Assembly: GCA_004764695.1 (NCBI GenBank)
Contig: SMSO01000007.1
Location: 2,239,270 to 2,303,269, forward strand
Direction of reading: 5' to 3'
DNA from: Schizochytrium sp. TIO01
Lineage: Eukaryota; Protista; Bigyra: Labyrinthulomycetes
Length of the DNA stretch: 64,000 bases
The stretch's first letter is position 1, and each line of letters starts with the position of its first letter. Of the stretch, positions 28,505 to 39,047 are shown piece after piece. The position numbers were made by a program, and so were the translations under genes. The notes beneath the pieces were generated by a model. The model did no database searches. It saw only the letters and a list, made by a program, of their open reading frames with translations, and had not been told where the DNA came from.

Positions 28505-29779
28505 CTAGCCCTGTGCACTTTCTACGAGACTCATGACTAAATCCTCAAAACCGTGCAAGAGCTCTGGATGGCGAGGAGGCCTACGCCCGGGTCCAGGAAA
28601 CGAGCTAGAGTCGTCATGTTTTGATGACTCCTCATAGTCACAAGTAGACTCGGTTTCTCCACTCGGTAATTGCAAAGCAGACCCAAGCTCGAAGAAAGGA
28701 TTGGAAACGGTGTCCACATATGCAAAGTACAACGTCTAAACCCCGCACAACGCAAAGAGGCCAGTAAAAGCAGTATTAGCAGCAACAACAACCACCAACT
28801 GTTAGACTTTTGTTTCTTTCTTCCCATCCTTCATTCCAAAATTCAATCAACCTCATCTAACTTTGTGGTTGCCTAATTTTCACTCACCTTCAGATAGTTC
28901 TCCATTATATGGTCGTCCGGCACGGAGTAACCGCAGCTCTCCGCATCGAGTACTACAATTGTTTTCACGAGCGAGTTAGACGTGTAGCCAAACACTGCAT
29001 AGCCATCGATTAAATTGAGCAGACCCAGATATGGTTTGCGCGAACTACGTCTGCCCGCTGATCTCAGCTCATCGAAGACATCAAGGGCACTGTGGATAAC
29101 AAGCAGCAAGTCCAGCGAATCCTTGTCTGCCTCGCGGTCGAAGCGCTTCAAGAACAGAGGAACATTCTACATATATTAAAAGCATGATAACACCATATCC
29201 CATCAATTGGCAACCGATTCGTATTGGCACACGATTCGAATCATCACCATTGTCGCCCATTCACCCACGGAATCGCCCATCCAAAACATAATCACCGAAA
29301 CCACCATACAATTTGATGTCAGCCGACGATAGACGCACCAACCGCCCAGAAGCCAAAGAATTGAGTATGAACAATTTATTTCGTCAGTTCTCTATGAATC
29401 AGCATTTACACGCAGAGACCTTAGCCGTGTGACCCAACCCAGTCGAAGAATCTGTTTTCCTCAACTCAAGAAAGAGGCTCTATATTTACAATATTTCAGC
29501 AAAACAAAGTAATCAAGAAATCAAAAGAGGGACATAAGAAACAAAGAGACACGAGGATCAAAAGAGAAAGGAGAAGAGCAAAACAGATATCTATCAAAGC
29601 TGAAGAAGAAGACAGAAGCCACGCTGATTCTCCTGACAGGCCGTCTCGACGGTCGACCAGCTTATCAAACGTACCAGGCCATCCACCAGGGCCACCGCCA
29701 CAGTACGAGCGCCGCCGAGCTTGCCGCGGGACTGGGCAGCGCCCACGCCTGCTTGGGCCTCGCGAGCAGTTGATGCCAT
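28505..29779 (-). CDS. TRAPPC2L: TRAPP complex subunit 2-like (Sedlin/Tca17 family longin), ~204 aa, 3 exons
   Basis: Exons 29779-29675 (..VAVALVDGL, donor GTACGT), 29166-28888 (NVPLFLK..IHSALDVFDE..YLGLL..YAVFGYTSNSLVKTIVVLD.., donor GTGAGT) and 28735-28505 (TLYFAYVDTVSNPFF..). Both introns are GT-AG, phase 0. The HxxLD, YLGLL, GYxxN and YxxxxxNPF motifs are typical of the Sedlin/TRAPPC2L family. Confidence 0.85.
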
Positions 29780-30326
29780 CGGGCGTTCACAGTTTGCACA
29801 AGCAAAGAGAAAGAAGCAGAAAATAGAAGCAATAGATTTTCTGCATCTTTTTCGAATTGAACATCTATGTAGGAAGTAGGTAGTAGGGTATATAGGTATG
29901 TATGAAGGACAAACATAGAGATCCTACTATTCTTCTTCTTCTTTAGATACAGTGAAGAGATGGGAGACTGACACATATAGATGATAGTAGTAGGTACTAC
30001 GTGTTGCAAAAGGCAGAAGAGCAAAAGGAGAAGGCATCGCACGCACAGGGATCAGCGCGAGCACTCTGTGAGTAGCAGCAAAGACGGAGAAGGAGAGGAC
30101 AAGGACACCGAGACTCGACAGGGAAAAGAGCAATCATCTAGATCAGCCCATTTGGCAGTAATTTGTTTTTCGTGAGATTGCTTTTTCCTACAGCCAAGGA
30201 CCGTGAACGAACTCTTTGTGGAGGATTGAGCAAAAGACGAGTTCTGTTGGCGGAAGAGTGACGGAGGAGGGCATTCCTGCACTGTTTGTATCCGAAGTGT
30301 ATTTAGTGAGAATATAGAATTTGGCT
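29780..30326. promoter_or_regulatory. Putative bidirectional promoter between TRAPPC2L-like and CRYZL1-like genes
   Basis: Only ~550 bp separate the two divergent start codons. Confidence 0.5.
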
Positions 30327-31525
30327 ATGCGCGCTTTAGAAGCACAATTAGACGAACACGGGAAACGAGAAGTGAAGTTACGTGAAAAGGTGAGTAGATT
30401 AGTTATAATAGCTATCTAACGTTTTTGAAACATCTTGACTGACATGTGGCAATGTATCTTCTTCGCTGCAAACCCACTGACCAAAAAAAAATAAAAATAC
30501 AGACCCTTGATAAAAGCCGACCTGAACCAACTCAGGTCCTAGTACAGGTCACGCACGCAGTAGTGCATCGTTTAGGAGATGGTGAAAAAAGACTTGCAGG
30601 ACAAGGAGCTGGAAAGGTAGTCGCACAAGGCACTGCCGTAACAAGATGTGGATCTGGCGATATGGTGGTCTTCTTCACAAATGATCTTCTCAACCATGAG
30701 GCATGCAGTCAACAGATTCTTCTTGATGAATCGCAGATTGCCGTAAAGCCGCATACTCTGGAAACTTGTCATGCCACTGTAGCTATCGAACCAGGAGTTC
30801 TCACATATACTGCAGTGCACTACAAAATGCGTATTCAACCCGGTGAAACCGTCCTCATCACAAACCCATATTCCTTCCTTGGGCAACTAGCTACTCAGCT
30901 TGTAGCTCACCATGGTGCTATCCCTGTCCTCCTTTTGGCCCCAAATGAAGACCACGGCGATCGATTCGCTCCCACAGCGCAACTCGCAGATCTTGAAATG
31001 CAGTGCCAGCATGTCACTCCACTGCCATTTCTAGATGAAAACACAACTCCGGCAAAGAATGTTTTGGCCTGGCGTGAATGGTGCAGTAAATTGTCAGATC
31101 AACTTCTTACATGTACATCAGGGCTTGGATTTGATCATATCCTTGATTGTGGTTATCCTTGGATAGACTCGACTGCTAGCTTGAATATCGAGTTATGGCA
31201 CAATCTACTCTGTGAAACTCTTGGGATGCATGCCAGTCTAACGATCGACTGCACTCGTACAGGAGGCGAGTTGCCCTCTTCAAAATTTCAGGTATCTCGC
31301 CTTGCTGAACGGGGCGCAACGATGTCGTATCTCAACTTTTCATCTTGGACTATGAGCCCTATTAGACGAGATCAACTGCTTCATATATTTGAAGACCTTT
31401 TAATCAAGCTAGACCAGAACATCCTCTCCCTTCATCCATTATGGCAAGAAATTTCACTGAATGATGCACCTTCTTTGCTGAACGGGTTGCATCAGAATGA
31501 TTGCCCTGTTATTATTAGACTTTAG
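30327..31525 (+). CDS. CRYZL1: Quinone oxidoreductase-like protein 1 (CRYZL1-like, MDR superfamily), ~361 aa, 2 exons
   Basis: Exon 1 30327-30389 (MRALEAQ...LREK, donor GTGAGT), intron 30390-30502 (CACTGAC branch point, CAG), exon 2 30503-31525 in frame. Segments TYTAVHY..PGETVLI..GQLATQLVAHHGA, TSGLGFDHILDCG and RGATMSYLN..W..S...LLHIFEDLLIKL match CRYZL1 as I recall it. Confidence 0.75.
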
Positions 31526-32060
31526 TGCATTAATTTTATATTCAACTTTTGTGATGATTTCTCTTGAACATTGTAATTCAGTTTTGCTCAAATCAACTTC
31601 GTTTTATGATATACCTACTATTTTGGAGTCCAGCACGATCTAGAGTCACATTATGATTCACCACCAAAATTCAATTGCCACTCTCTATTATTAGAAACAA
31701 TAAAAATCAAATACTTGCGTCTTCTTCTCTGTATCGACAAATTTCAAACTTTAGCACCTGATGTTTTTGTTTCTGTGCAAACAAAGTCAAGATGGCCTAG
31801 GTGGAATTGCCAAGCTAGCGAAGAAACTTCTGCTACTCGCCCAGGCTTTGTTTATAATATCCGGCCCAACTCCGTAGTAAACTAGGTGGTGGACATTATC
31901 TAGCGTAATATGACGATTAAAGGAAAGGATTGTGAAATATCTAAAGTAGGTAAACTTGATTCTTCTTCTTCTTCTTCTATTACTTTTGGAGAATAAGGGA
32001 TGAAGCAGGAGTGAAGATTATATATAAAGAAACCTAAACAAGCTGATATGTTACGGTTGT

Positions 32061-33290
32061 TTACCTCGCAGTGAGAACACGCTCATCTGAACTTAATGAC
32101 ACACGAACAGACCGTGTAAATCGGCGCAGTAAATCTGCCTTCTTTGTATTTGGCCCAATAAGATGAAAAATATATGGCTCAAGCTCAACAAGTTTCCACT
32201 GTTTACGTGTTGCAAAAAGCTCTGCAAAGCACACTTTTGCGTCCATAGAGAGGCGAGAAGCAGGGAAATAGCGATATACTTTTCGCCCCCCGCTTCCTTC
32301 CTCAAAGGAAATGGCAACCCCAGCCAAAGCTCGCGGATCTGTTGGGACATTGTTTGGCAGAGCAAGCTCCCAGCTTCTCTCAAAATCATTGACGGCCACG
32401 GCGTCATTGGCACGGCGTAAAATCTGTTCGGCACAAAAGCGCGCTGTCTTTAGCTTATTCAAAGCAAACTCCTTAGTTTCTGCGGTAAGCTGTGGTGAGC
32501 CTTGGGCACGGTATTTGTTGAGTACCTGCAAAATAATGAGATCACCAAACCTGTGCGCCAATTGTTTCATTACAGTCTGAACTTGAATTGAATCTGCATC
32601 CATGCCGTGCTCAATAGATACAGCCACACATAATTCGAACACGTCGTTCTCTAAAGATGTCGCAATTGTCATCCAACGTCCTTGCAACTCAAATGCGCCG
32701 AGGCGCTCCAATTCGTTGGCAATCTCGACTTCGCTTGCCTGAAGGTAGGCTGCCAAGTCCTTGAAAGCCCATCCCTTGTGCGCTAAACGTGCGCAAGGAA
32801 CTGGAGCTCCATTATTACATTCCTCCTCGGAAAAGGCCTCCACTTCGCTTAGTGTGAGGTCGCAGAGTGCTTCGTCGAAGGGATGCTCCTGAAGTAATTG
32901 TAACATTGGGCTTAGTCGCGGAGCAATTCGAATAAGCTCGTATGCAAAGTCGATCTGACCACTAATCATATTGCACACATCGCTGTTAACATTTCCTTCT
33001 TGTTGCCCTTTGTCATCCGATGATTTATGAGATGCAGGCGGAAGTAGAAAATGAGTGTTGCTCGACTCCGCTTTACGCATGAGGTACGTGGCATCTTTGG
33101 TACAGAGGGTCGCGCTATAGTCTCGGCCAGCTATTGCAGCTCCGCTAGGACCCTTGATCACAAGTTCTACAGGTGTACCTGAGGTCAGTATTTGCTCCAG
33201 TTCGGGACCTAGCTCAAGAAGCTTGAACCTGTCTTGCGAGAAGTCTTCTGTGAAGTGCAAATCACACGCTTTGGCTAAAGGGCCTGCCAT
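32061..33290 (-). CDS. DSCC1: Sister chromatid cohesion protein DCC1 (Ctf18-RFC subunit), ~409 aa
   Basis: ATG at 33290. FKLLEL, VIKG, ATLCTKDATY..AESSNT.FL, LQASEVEI, and the C-terminal L...CF.ELF..R.QW...EL.PYI winged-helix segment are characteristic of DCC1. Confidence 0.9.
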   Translation of the reverse strand: MAGPLAKACDLHFTEDFSQDRFKLLELGPELEQILTSGTPVELVIKGPSGAAIAGRDYSATLCTKDATYLMRKAESSNTHFLLPPASHKSSDDKGQQEGNVNSDVCNMISGQIDFAYELIRIAPRLSPMLQLLQEHPFDEALCDLTLSEVEAFSEEECNNGAPVPCARLAHKGWAFKDLAAYLQASEVEIANELERLGAFELQGRWMTIATSLENDVFELCVAVSIEHGMDADSIQVQTVMKQLAHRFGDLIILQVLNKYRAQGSPQLTAETKEFALNKLKTARFCAEQILRRANDAVAVNDFERSWELALPNNVPTDPRALAGVAISFEEGSGGRKVYRYFPASRLSMDAKVCFAELFATRKQWKLVELEPYIFHLIGPNTKKADLLRRFTRSVRVSLSSDERVLTAR

Positions 33291-33978
33291 GGTTGCTGTA
33301 CAGCGGTGCAACAGGACGCAGCACGATGGAACTTAGCACAGAACAGTTAATCGATCAGGCGGTGCAGTGATCTGTACAACTAAGCAGAGAGTGTCTCTTT
33401 TGTTTGGCGAGAGCCGAGGGGTTGCTTAGTTTTGGGAGACCGATTACCTGTCGATGGCTAACCTAACTGTCGCATTTTTGCTGAAGTCAGAAGTGACTAA
33501 CCATTGCCCACTGATTTGTTTTAAAAATTCCCAACTTTATAAATAGCAGATACTATTATGACTATCAATAACAATTAATCTTCTTTTCCGACAGGTCAGC
33601 AAAACTTGAGACCATTTCTTGTCCCTAGCACACATTGTAGTGAACAGTTGAAGTTGCGATTTGCACACACGCACAACGGCAAAAACTGTCTTAAATAAAG
33701 TCACGACTACGTGAGAAGTTGACTTCATTGCAGTAATTAGTTTCTCCTTGAGCCACGCCAACAAAGTGCGTTTAATTACGACGAGGTTTCTCTAGGAAGA
33801 CCTTGGTATAGTTTCACAATCCAAAATAAGGCAAAAGATGTGTTTTTGCAAAATGTGATGGCGGGTTCAATGAAATGAAAATACTGATTTATAAAAAAAC
33901 AAGCAAGCACTTATCTTAACTTATTGGGAAATAATCTGAATTTGATGAGGGGAAACCCACTTGAACTCAGGAACTTAT

Positions 33979-36900
33979 TTATGCAAGTTCAGAAATGATC
34001 TCGCGGCGCCGCTTCCCTGGGGGTGCTACTTGAGAATGCCTAAGTGAAGACTTGTTGCGCTTTCTAGAAGTATCAGAATTACTGTCATCATCTGTCGTGT
34101 TTGTTCTGTCTTGCAGGCAGTGAGAAAGGGAAGCAACTGACGATGAAGAAGAATTAGGCCGCAATATACTCCCTGCCTTGACAAAATGACTGAATCTTGC
34201 TTCCCTCTGCGGCAAAGCACCATGACCATTAAACACAACGTGAATGGTAGCCGTAGGAGGATAAATGAGTCCTGAAAGTAATTTGGGGGTGATCAAGAAG
34301 TACTGACTGGTAGCGTTATCTGAACATGAAGTTGAAAACAGATGTTGCATTGAAATGCGTTCCTTTTCTTCATCCATGCCTTGGTTGATCTCATCAACGA
34401 TACGAAAAGGCACACGCGAAACCTTGTTTAGTGCCAAGAGGTACAAAAATGTTGTCAATGATCGCTCGCCGCCAGACTGAATATGAACATCAAGCCGACG
34501 TAGATCTTGGTTGGCTCGGAACCGTACACTTATTGCCACACCACATTTGAGAATATCGGAAGTATTGATCTCCGCGCGAACAATACCTGCACAATTATAT
34601 CCTTGCTTCTCAACAAGCTCGAAGCCTGCGCGGAAATTCTTGTCCACAAGGTCCAATAAACTTTCAACCTCATTCGTCCAGCGATTATATCGAGCTTGCA
34701 AGCTTGACTTCTTGTCCTCATTTGCATCATTCGAGTTAGAAATATGCTCCTCCAGGGATGCAATCTCCTTTGTCAACCGATCGAAAGTGATCTTTACGTT
34801 TTCGTCCGGAAGCACGCTATCTGCCTTTGATTTAAAGGACGCAATTTGGGCCCTGACAGTTTCTTTGTCTTCAGGGAGTTTTCGTAGGGCTTGATCCTCT
34901 TTCTCTGACACCTCACCAAGATTTTCTAATAGGAGCCGTCGCTTGTTACGATTCGAATCACGGTCTTGTCGTGCATGAGAAATTTGGTTATGTACAGATT
35001 GCAAAGAGGATTGAGTCGTAAAAACCTTTGCATTATATTCGGCGAGACTTAGACGGGTTTTTGCACGACGAACGTTAAACAGAACAATATCATTCAAAGC
35101 TGGCATCGCAAGTTCAAACCTCTCTGCAATCTTGTTCGACTGCACTTCCATTGCCATGTCCTTCATAGAACCAGAGATGCGCCTCAAAATTCCTTGCACA
35201 CTGGCCTGCTCTGGAGTATTTTTGATTAAGCGAGCATATTCAGATTTAAGAGCTTCTGTCTTGATCTTCTGTTTCCTGCCAAATTCCAAAAGCGCAGTGA
35301 TTTTATTCCGTTCCGAATGCAAAGGATGAAGCAAAGCATCTGCTTCACCACGCATCGTTGTAAGACTGGAGCGCTGATCGTTCAAGGCCTGCAATTCACT
35401 GCGTACTTCATGCAAATGTTGCTCGGCTTGATGTAACCGACGTTTGATATTTTCATCCTCTGTGCCACCTATGTAGATTGCTGCTGGTAACCCGCGAGAA
35501 TATTCTTTTGTGACCACGAAACTTTCTTTCTTTCCATATTTGGAGCGCTGAACGGAAAACATTGTGTCAGGGGTATGGATCTGTAGACCTTCAAAGTACT
35601 TAACTTGATCTTCACTACTGAGCTCAAGAAAAGCAGCAACAGTCTCTTCTGTTCCGACAATGCATTTGTGAATGCCAGCAATGTCACGAAGAGCTTGAAT
35701 AACCTCAGGTGGACCTTGAATAAGTTCATCAAGATAACCCAGAAGACTGAATTTGCTCAAATCTAATTTGTTGAGACGGCGGCGAGGCTCTTGAATACTA
35801 TTTACGCAAAACACATCAACTTTTGGAAGCGGATAAAGCGCCTCGCTAGCCTCCTTGGAGGAGTCTGTGACAAGAGTTAGAAGTTTGTTAATCCCCACGC
35901 AACGCTCAATGAAGCTTGCAACCACCGATGATGCTGTTTTTAACTCCATCACTGGGATATATGTTTTCCCGTGAGACGAACCAGATTCCATCCGCCCCTT
36001 CACCACACTCCATGCTCTCTTAATAAACTGATTGTTCACTTTATTCAACACAGATTCCTTGGCAGAAAGATGTGATAAGAGTGTGTCACGCGTACGAAGG
36101 TGCGATTTTTCCATCTCTGACTTTGTTCTCATAGCTATGTCAATATCTTTGACTTGGCGGGCTAGATTCCTCAAGTCGAGCTGATATTTATTTGAAAGTT
36201 CACTGATCTCGTGCAAACGTGCAGTTAATGTGTCTTTGTCTGTGTCCTTGACCCATTCCGCCATTGTAGCCTCTTCTTGGGCAAGCTTCATTTCAGCTTT
36301 CGACACTCGCTCCTTATATGCATGGATTCGCTGAAGTTCATCTTTCACGGAGTCTAATGCAGCGTCTATCACATCGAAAGCTTTCGCGTTTTTCTGATTT
36401 GCCGCAGACACAGCTAGTTTTGAGCGATGAATGGCTTCACGACTCTCATGTGGCTCGCGTATACTCTTCACCTCTTGCTCGTGTTGCGCAAGTTTAGCCT
36501 TTGCAGCCTTGAGATTTTCTGCAGCTTCACGCTCCTGATAGCTCAAGTTTTTCAGGTTGTTTCTCAGCACTTCACTTTCGCGTTTTAGAGAAATAATATC
36601 AATGTGTATTAAACGCTTCTCAAGCATTTGTGCTTCTGCAAGCCATGCCTCTCGTTCTTGTAGACGCGCCACTTGTCCCTTAATACTTTCCATCTCGTGT
36701 TGTTTGTGTTCAAGCTCTTCAGCAGCTGACCTTACTGAGGTTGCGGCTTTTGACAAATTCAGCTGTTCTTCTGCAATGTTCTGTTGTTCATCAATATACG
36801 ACTGACCTAATCCAGCGCGAATGGTTTCTGTGAGTAGGTCGATATCGTTGAGCCTCGAAAACATACTAACTTTCTCCTGTGGAAGGACCTGACAGAGATT

Positions 36901-37446
36901 CCCAACTTGGGTGTTATAGCGAACTTTAAGAAACTCACGAACAGCAGTCTCATTGCTTATTTTTCCATTGAGCCGCCAGTTAGACTTCGCTTTTGGCTTT
37001 TTCAAACCAGACCGTACACCGTTACCACTTCCCTCATCATCCTCGGCATCACTGCTAGCTGCCTCCGTATAGCTGACTCCTTTTGCTCGCCTTGAAGAAG
37101 CAGCTGGCAGAGATACCAATTCAATCTCCCGTACTACAGTGGGGTCGGCGAGCTCGGGATCATGTAGCGTTACTTTAATAACAGCCTTGGTCTGACCGTG
37201 CCGAATGAACCCTGCAATATTTGAAGCTCTTCCAAGGATGTTGGGCTGACCTCCTAGTGCTAAGGCCAGCGCCATCAGCGTCGTTGACTTGCCAGCGCCA
37301 TTCATCGCAATGATCAAGTTCAGCTGAGGACCAGCCTCCATCACTGCCGATTCATATGTCATGAAATTCTTCATCTCAAGTCGTCGTATGGCACCAACAG
37401 CAAACTCTGGCGCCGGCACCTCATTAAGGGCATTCTCCAAGGCCAT
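33979..37446 (-). CDS. SMC5: SMC5-like protein, copy A (1155 aa, intronless)
   Basis: GAIRRLEMKNFMTY, Walker A variant AMNGAGKST, QVGNLCQVLPQEKV Q-loop, coiled coils, hinge SKYG, signature QSGGERS, SMC5-type Walker B/D-loop PFRIVDEINQGMD, and SQYFLITPKLL. Confidence 0.93.
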   Translation of the reverse strand: MALENALNEVPAPEFAVGAIRRLEMKNFMTYESAVMEAGPQLNLIIAMNGAGKSTTLMALALALGGQPNILGRASNIAGFIRHGQTKAVIKVTLHDPELADPTVVREIELVSLPAASSRRAKGVSYTEAASSDAEDDEGSGNGVRSGLKKPKAKSNWRLNGKISNETAVREFLKVRYNTQVGNLCQVLPQEKVSMFSRLNDIDLLTETIRAGLGQSYIDEQQNIAEEQLNLSKAATSVRSAAEELEHKQHEMESIKGQVARLQEREAWLAEAQMLEKRLIHIDIISLKRESEVLRNNLKNLSYQEREAAENLKAAKAKLAQHEQEVKSIREPHESREAIHRSKLAVSAANQKNAKAFDVIDAALDSVKDELQRIHAYKERVSKAEMKLAQEEATMAEWVKDTDKDTLTARLHEISELSNKYQLDLRNLARQVKDIDIAMRTKSEMEKSHLRTRDTLLSHLSAKESVLNKVNNQFIKRAWSVVKGRMESGSSHGKTYIPVMELKTASSVVASFIERCVGINKLLTLVTDSSKEASEALYPLPKVDVFCVNSIQEPRRRLNKLDLSKFSLLGYLDELIQGPPEVIQALRDIAGIHKCIVGTEETVAAFLELSSEDQVKYFEGLQIHTPDTMFSVQRSKYGKKESFVVTKEYSRGLPAAIYIGGTEDENIKRRLHQAEQHLHEVRSELQALNDQRSSLTTMRGEADALLHPLHSERNKITALLEFGRKQKIKTEALKSEYARLIKNTPEQASVQGILRRISGSMKDMAMEVQSNKIAERFELAMPALNDIVLFNVRRAKTRLSLAEYNAKVFTTQSSLQSVHNQISHARQDRDSNRNKRRLLLENLGEVSEKEDQALRKLPEDKETVRAQIASFKSKADSVLPDENVKITFDRLTKEIASLEEHISNSNDANEDKKSSLQARYNRWTNEVESLLDLVDKNFRAGFELVEKQGYNCAGIVRAEINTSDILKCGVAISVRFRANQDLRRLDVHIQSGGERSLTTFLYLLALNKVSRVPFRIVDEINQGMDEEKERISMQHLFSTSCSDNATSQYFLITPKLLSGLIYPPTATIHVVFNGHGALPQREARFSHFVKAGSILRPNSSSSSVASLSHCLQDRTNTTDDDSNSDTSRKRNKSSLRHSQVAPPGKRRREIISELA

Positions 37447-39047
37447 ACTGCCTTAAAATGTCAACTCCAGTAGGCCTATTTGACAAGAAGACGAAACACC
37501 TTGTAATCCTGCACACGAGCGACTGAAGCTTGAGTAAACTAGAATCGGGCAAACTAGAATAGGCTCAATTTTAGTCAGTCAAAAGAAGAGCTTGTGAGAA
37601 GAGAAGGTGCAACCAATACAGCTCGATTCCAAGCTTCTGTTCCTGGACCGACGTGAAGACTTTGGGGGGCATTAACAAATGTCCAGGAGGCAGCACTTTC
37701 AAACGAGCCCCAGAAAACTCAGCTACAGAGAAACCTACGTTCGTTATTTATCCCTCTCTCCAGCGTTCAATACTAGCAATACAGATTTACAAAGTGGTAG
37801 TCTGTTGGCGCAACTTGGCAAGCTCGATGAAGGAACTGAAGAGGATTTTGCAGCAGCCAAAGCAGCTAAAAAGGCTTCAACTACACGAACTATCAAGTGT
37901 TTGGTGCCAGTGCCTAAGTTGGTGCCAGTGCCTAAGTTGGGGCCGCTGACCTTGACCTTGACCTTGTGCAGGTTCTGAGTTGCCGCGCTGCACCTTGAAC
38001 CTGTCCTGCTTTCCTTTTCCTCTTCCTTTATATGGATAGATAGACCAATCCCGCATTAACTCCTTCTCCTTGTAGTAGGTAACTAGGCACATGACCTACG
38101 ACCATCTACAGACTCCTTGGTTTTTGCCCACCGCGGAACTGCCTAGCTTTTGTATTTCACATCAACGCAAGGGTTTAGCTATGAACTTTTTTCCTTCCCT
38201 TTCCTCCCTTTGTTGGATTCTGTAGGTACCGTATTGTAGGCGGATCTATGGCGGTGGTTAGGTCATGGGTGTTATTAAGTGTAGGATTATGAGCAGGCCT
38301 ACTCACATTTTGAACAGCTTTTAACTTGAAGTATCGCAACTTGGGTCAGGACAGGCATAAGACTTACATCTTTCTAAATGTCTGGTTGCTGAGTATTAGC
38401 TAGTGTAGTGAGAGAGGTAGTATAGACAAAACAAAAATAGCTCTAGCTCGTTTTGTTCTTTGGCCAACAGTGAGCAAAAACATAATAATGAGCCATAGCT
38501 TGAATAGCTTTGTCAGCCAATATTCATGTTCGTAAGGCGTTAATCTTCATTTCATAGAGAAGAAGAAGAAACGGTAACGTGTTGAGGAAAATCGATAACG
38601 AAGTACTTTCAATGCCTATCCAGTAGTTAAGTGGACATCCTCAAGCCAAGTTCGTGCTGCGCCTGGACATTGTCACTCTCACCAGCAAAAATTCAAGTAA
38701 AATCAATTTTCAAACACACATAACTAACAGCATAAAAATTACTTCATTCATCCGTCGTATTGGGAGCTTGAATGCGGCTATGCAGCAGACACAAACATCC
38801 ACAGAAGCTAGATATTACAGAATGAAGTCAAGTCTGCCACTGAAGCTGCAATGCTTTTTTCTGTATGCGGCTTTATTTTGTTCTATTTGATATAAAACAT
38901 GAGAAAGTAAAATTAAAAGAACACTCTGCGACGACGATGTGCAGAAGAACCAAAACAACAATTGAATCTATAATGATGCCTCGTGAATAAGAAAAATTGT
39001 CCTTTTCATATTTTTTAAAAGCACATGGCAATGGTTCACTAGTAAAC

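Noticed and set aside
29167-29250. Box C-like GTGATGA in TRAPPC2L intron 1 (minus strand)
   Set aside because: No box D (CTGA) before the acceptor and no terminal stem.
37653-38092. Short ORFs between the SMC5 copies, with an 18-bp duplication and ACCTTG repeats (possible NSE subunit or gag relic)
   Set aside because: No RING, kleisin, winged-helix or zinc-knuckle motif, and no frame is convincingly coding.
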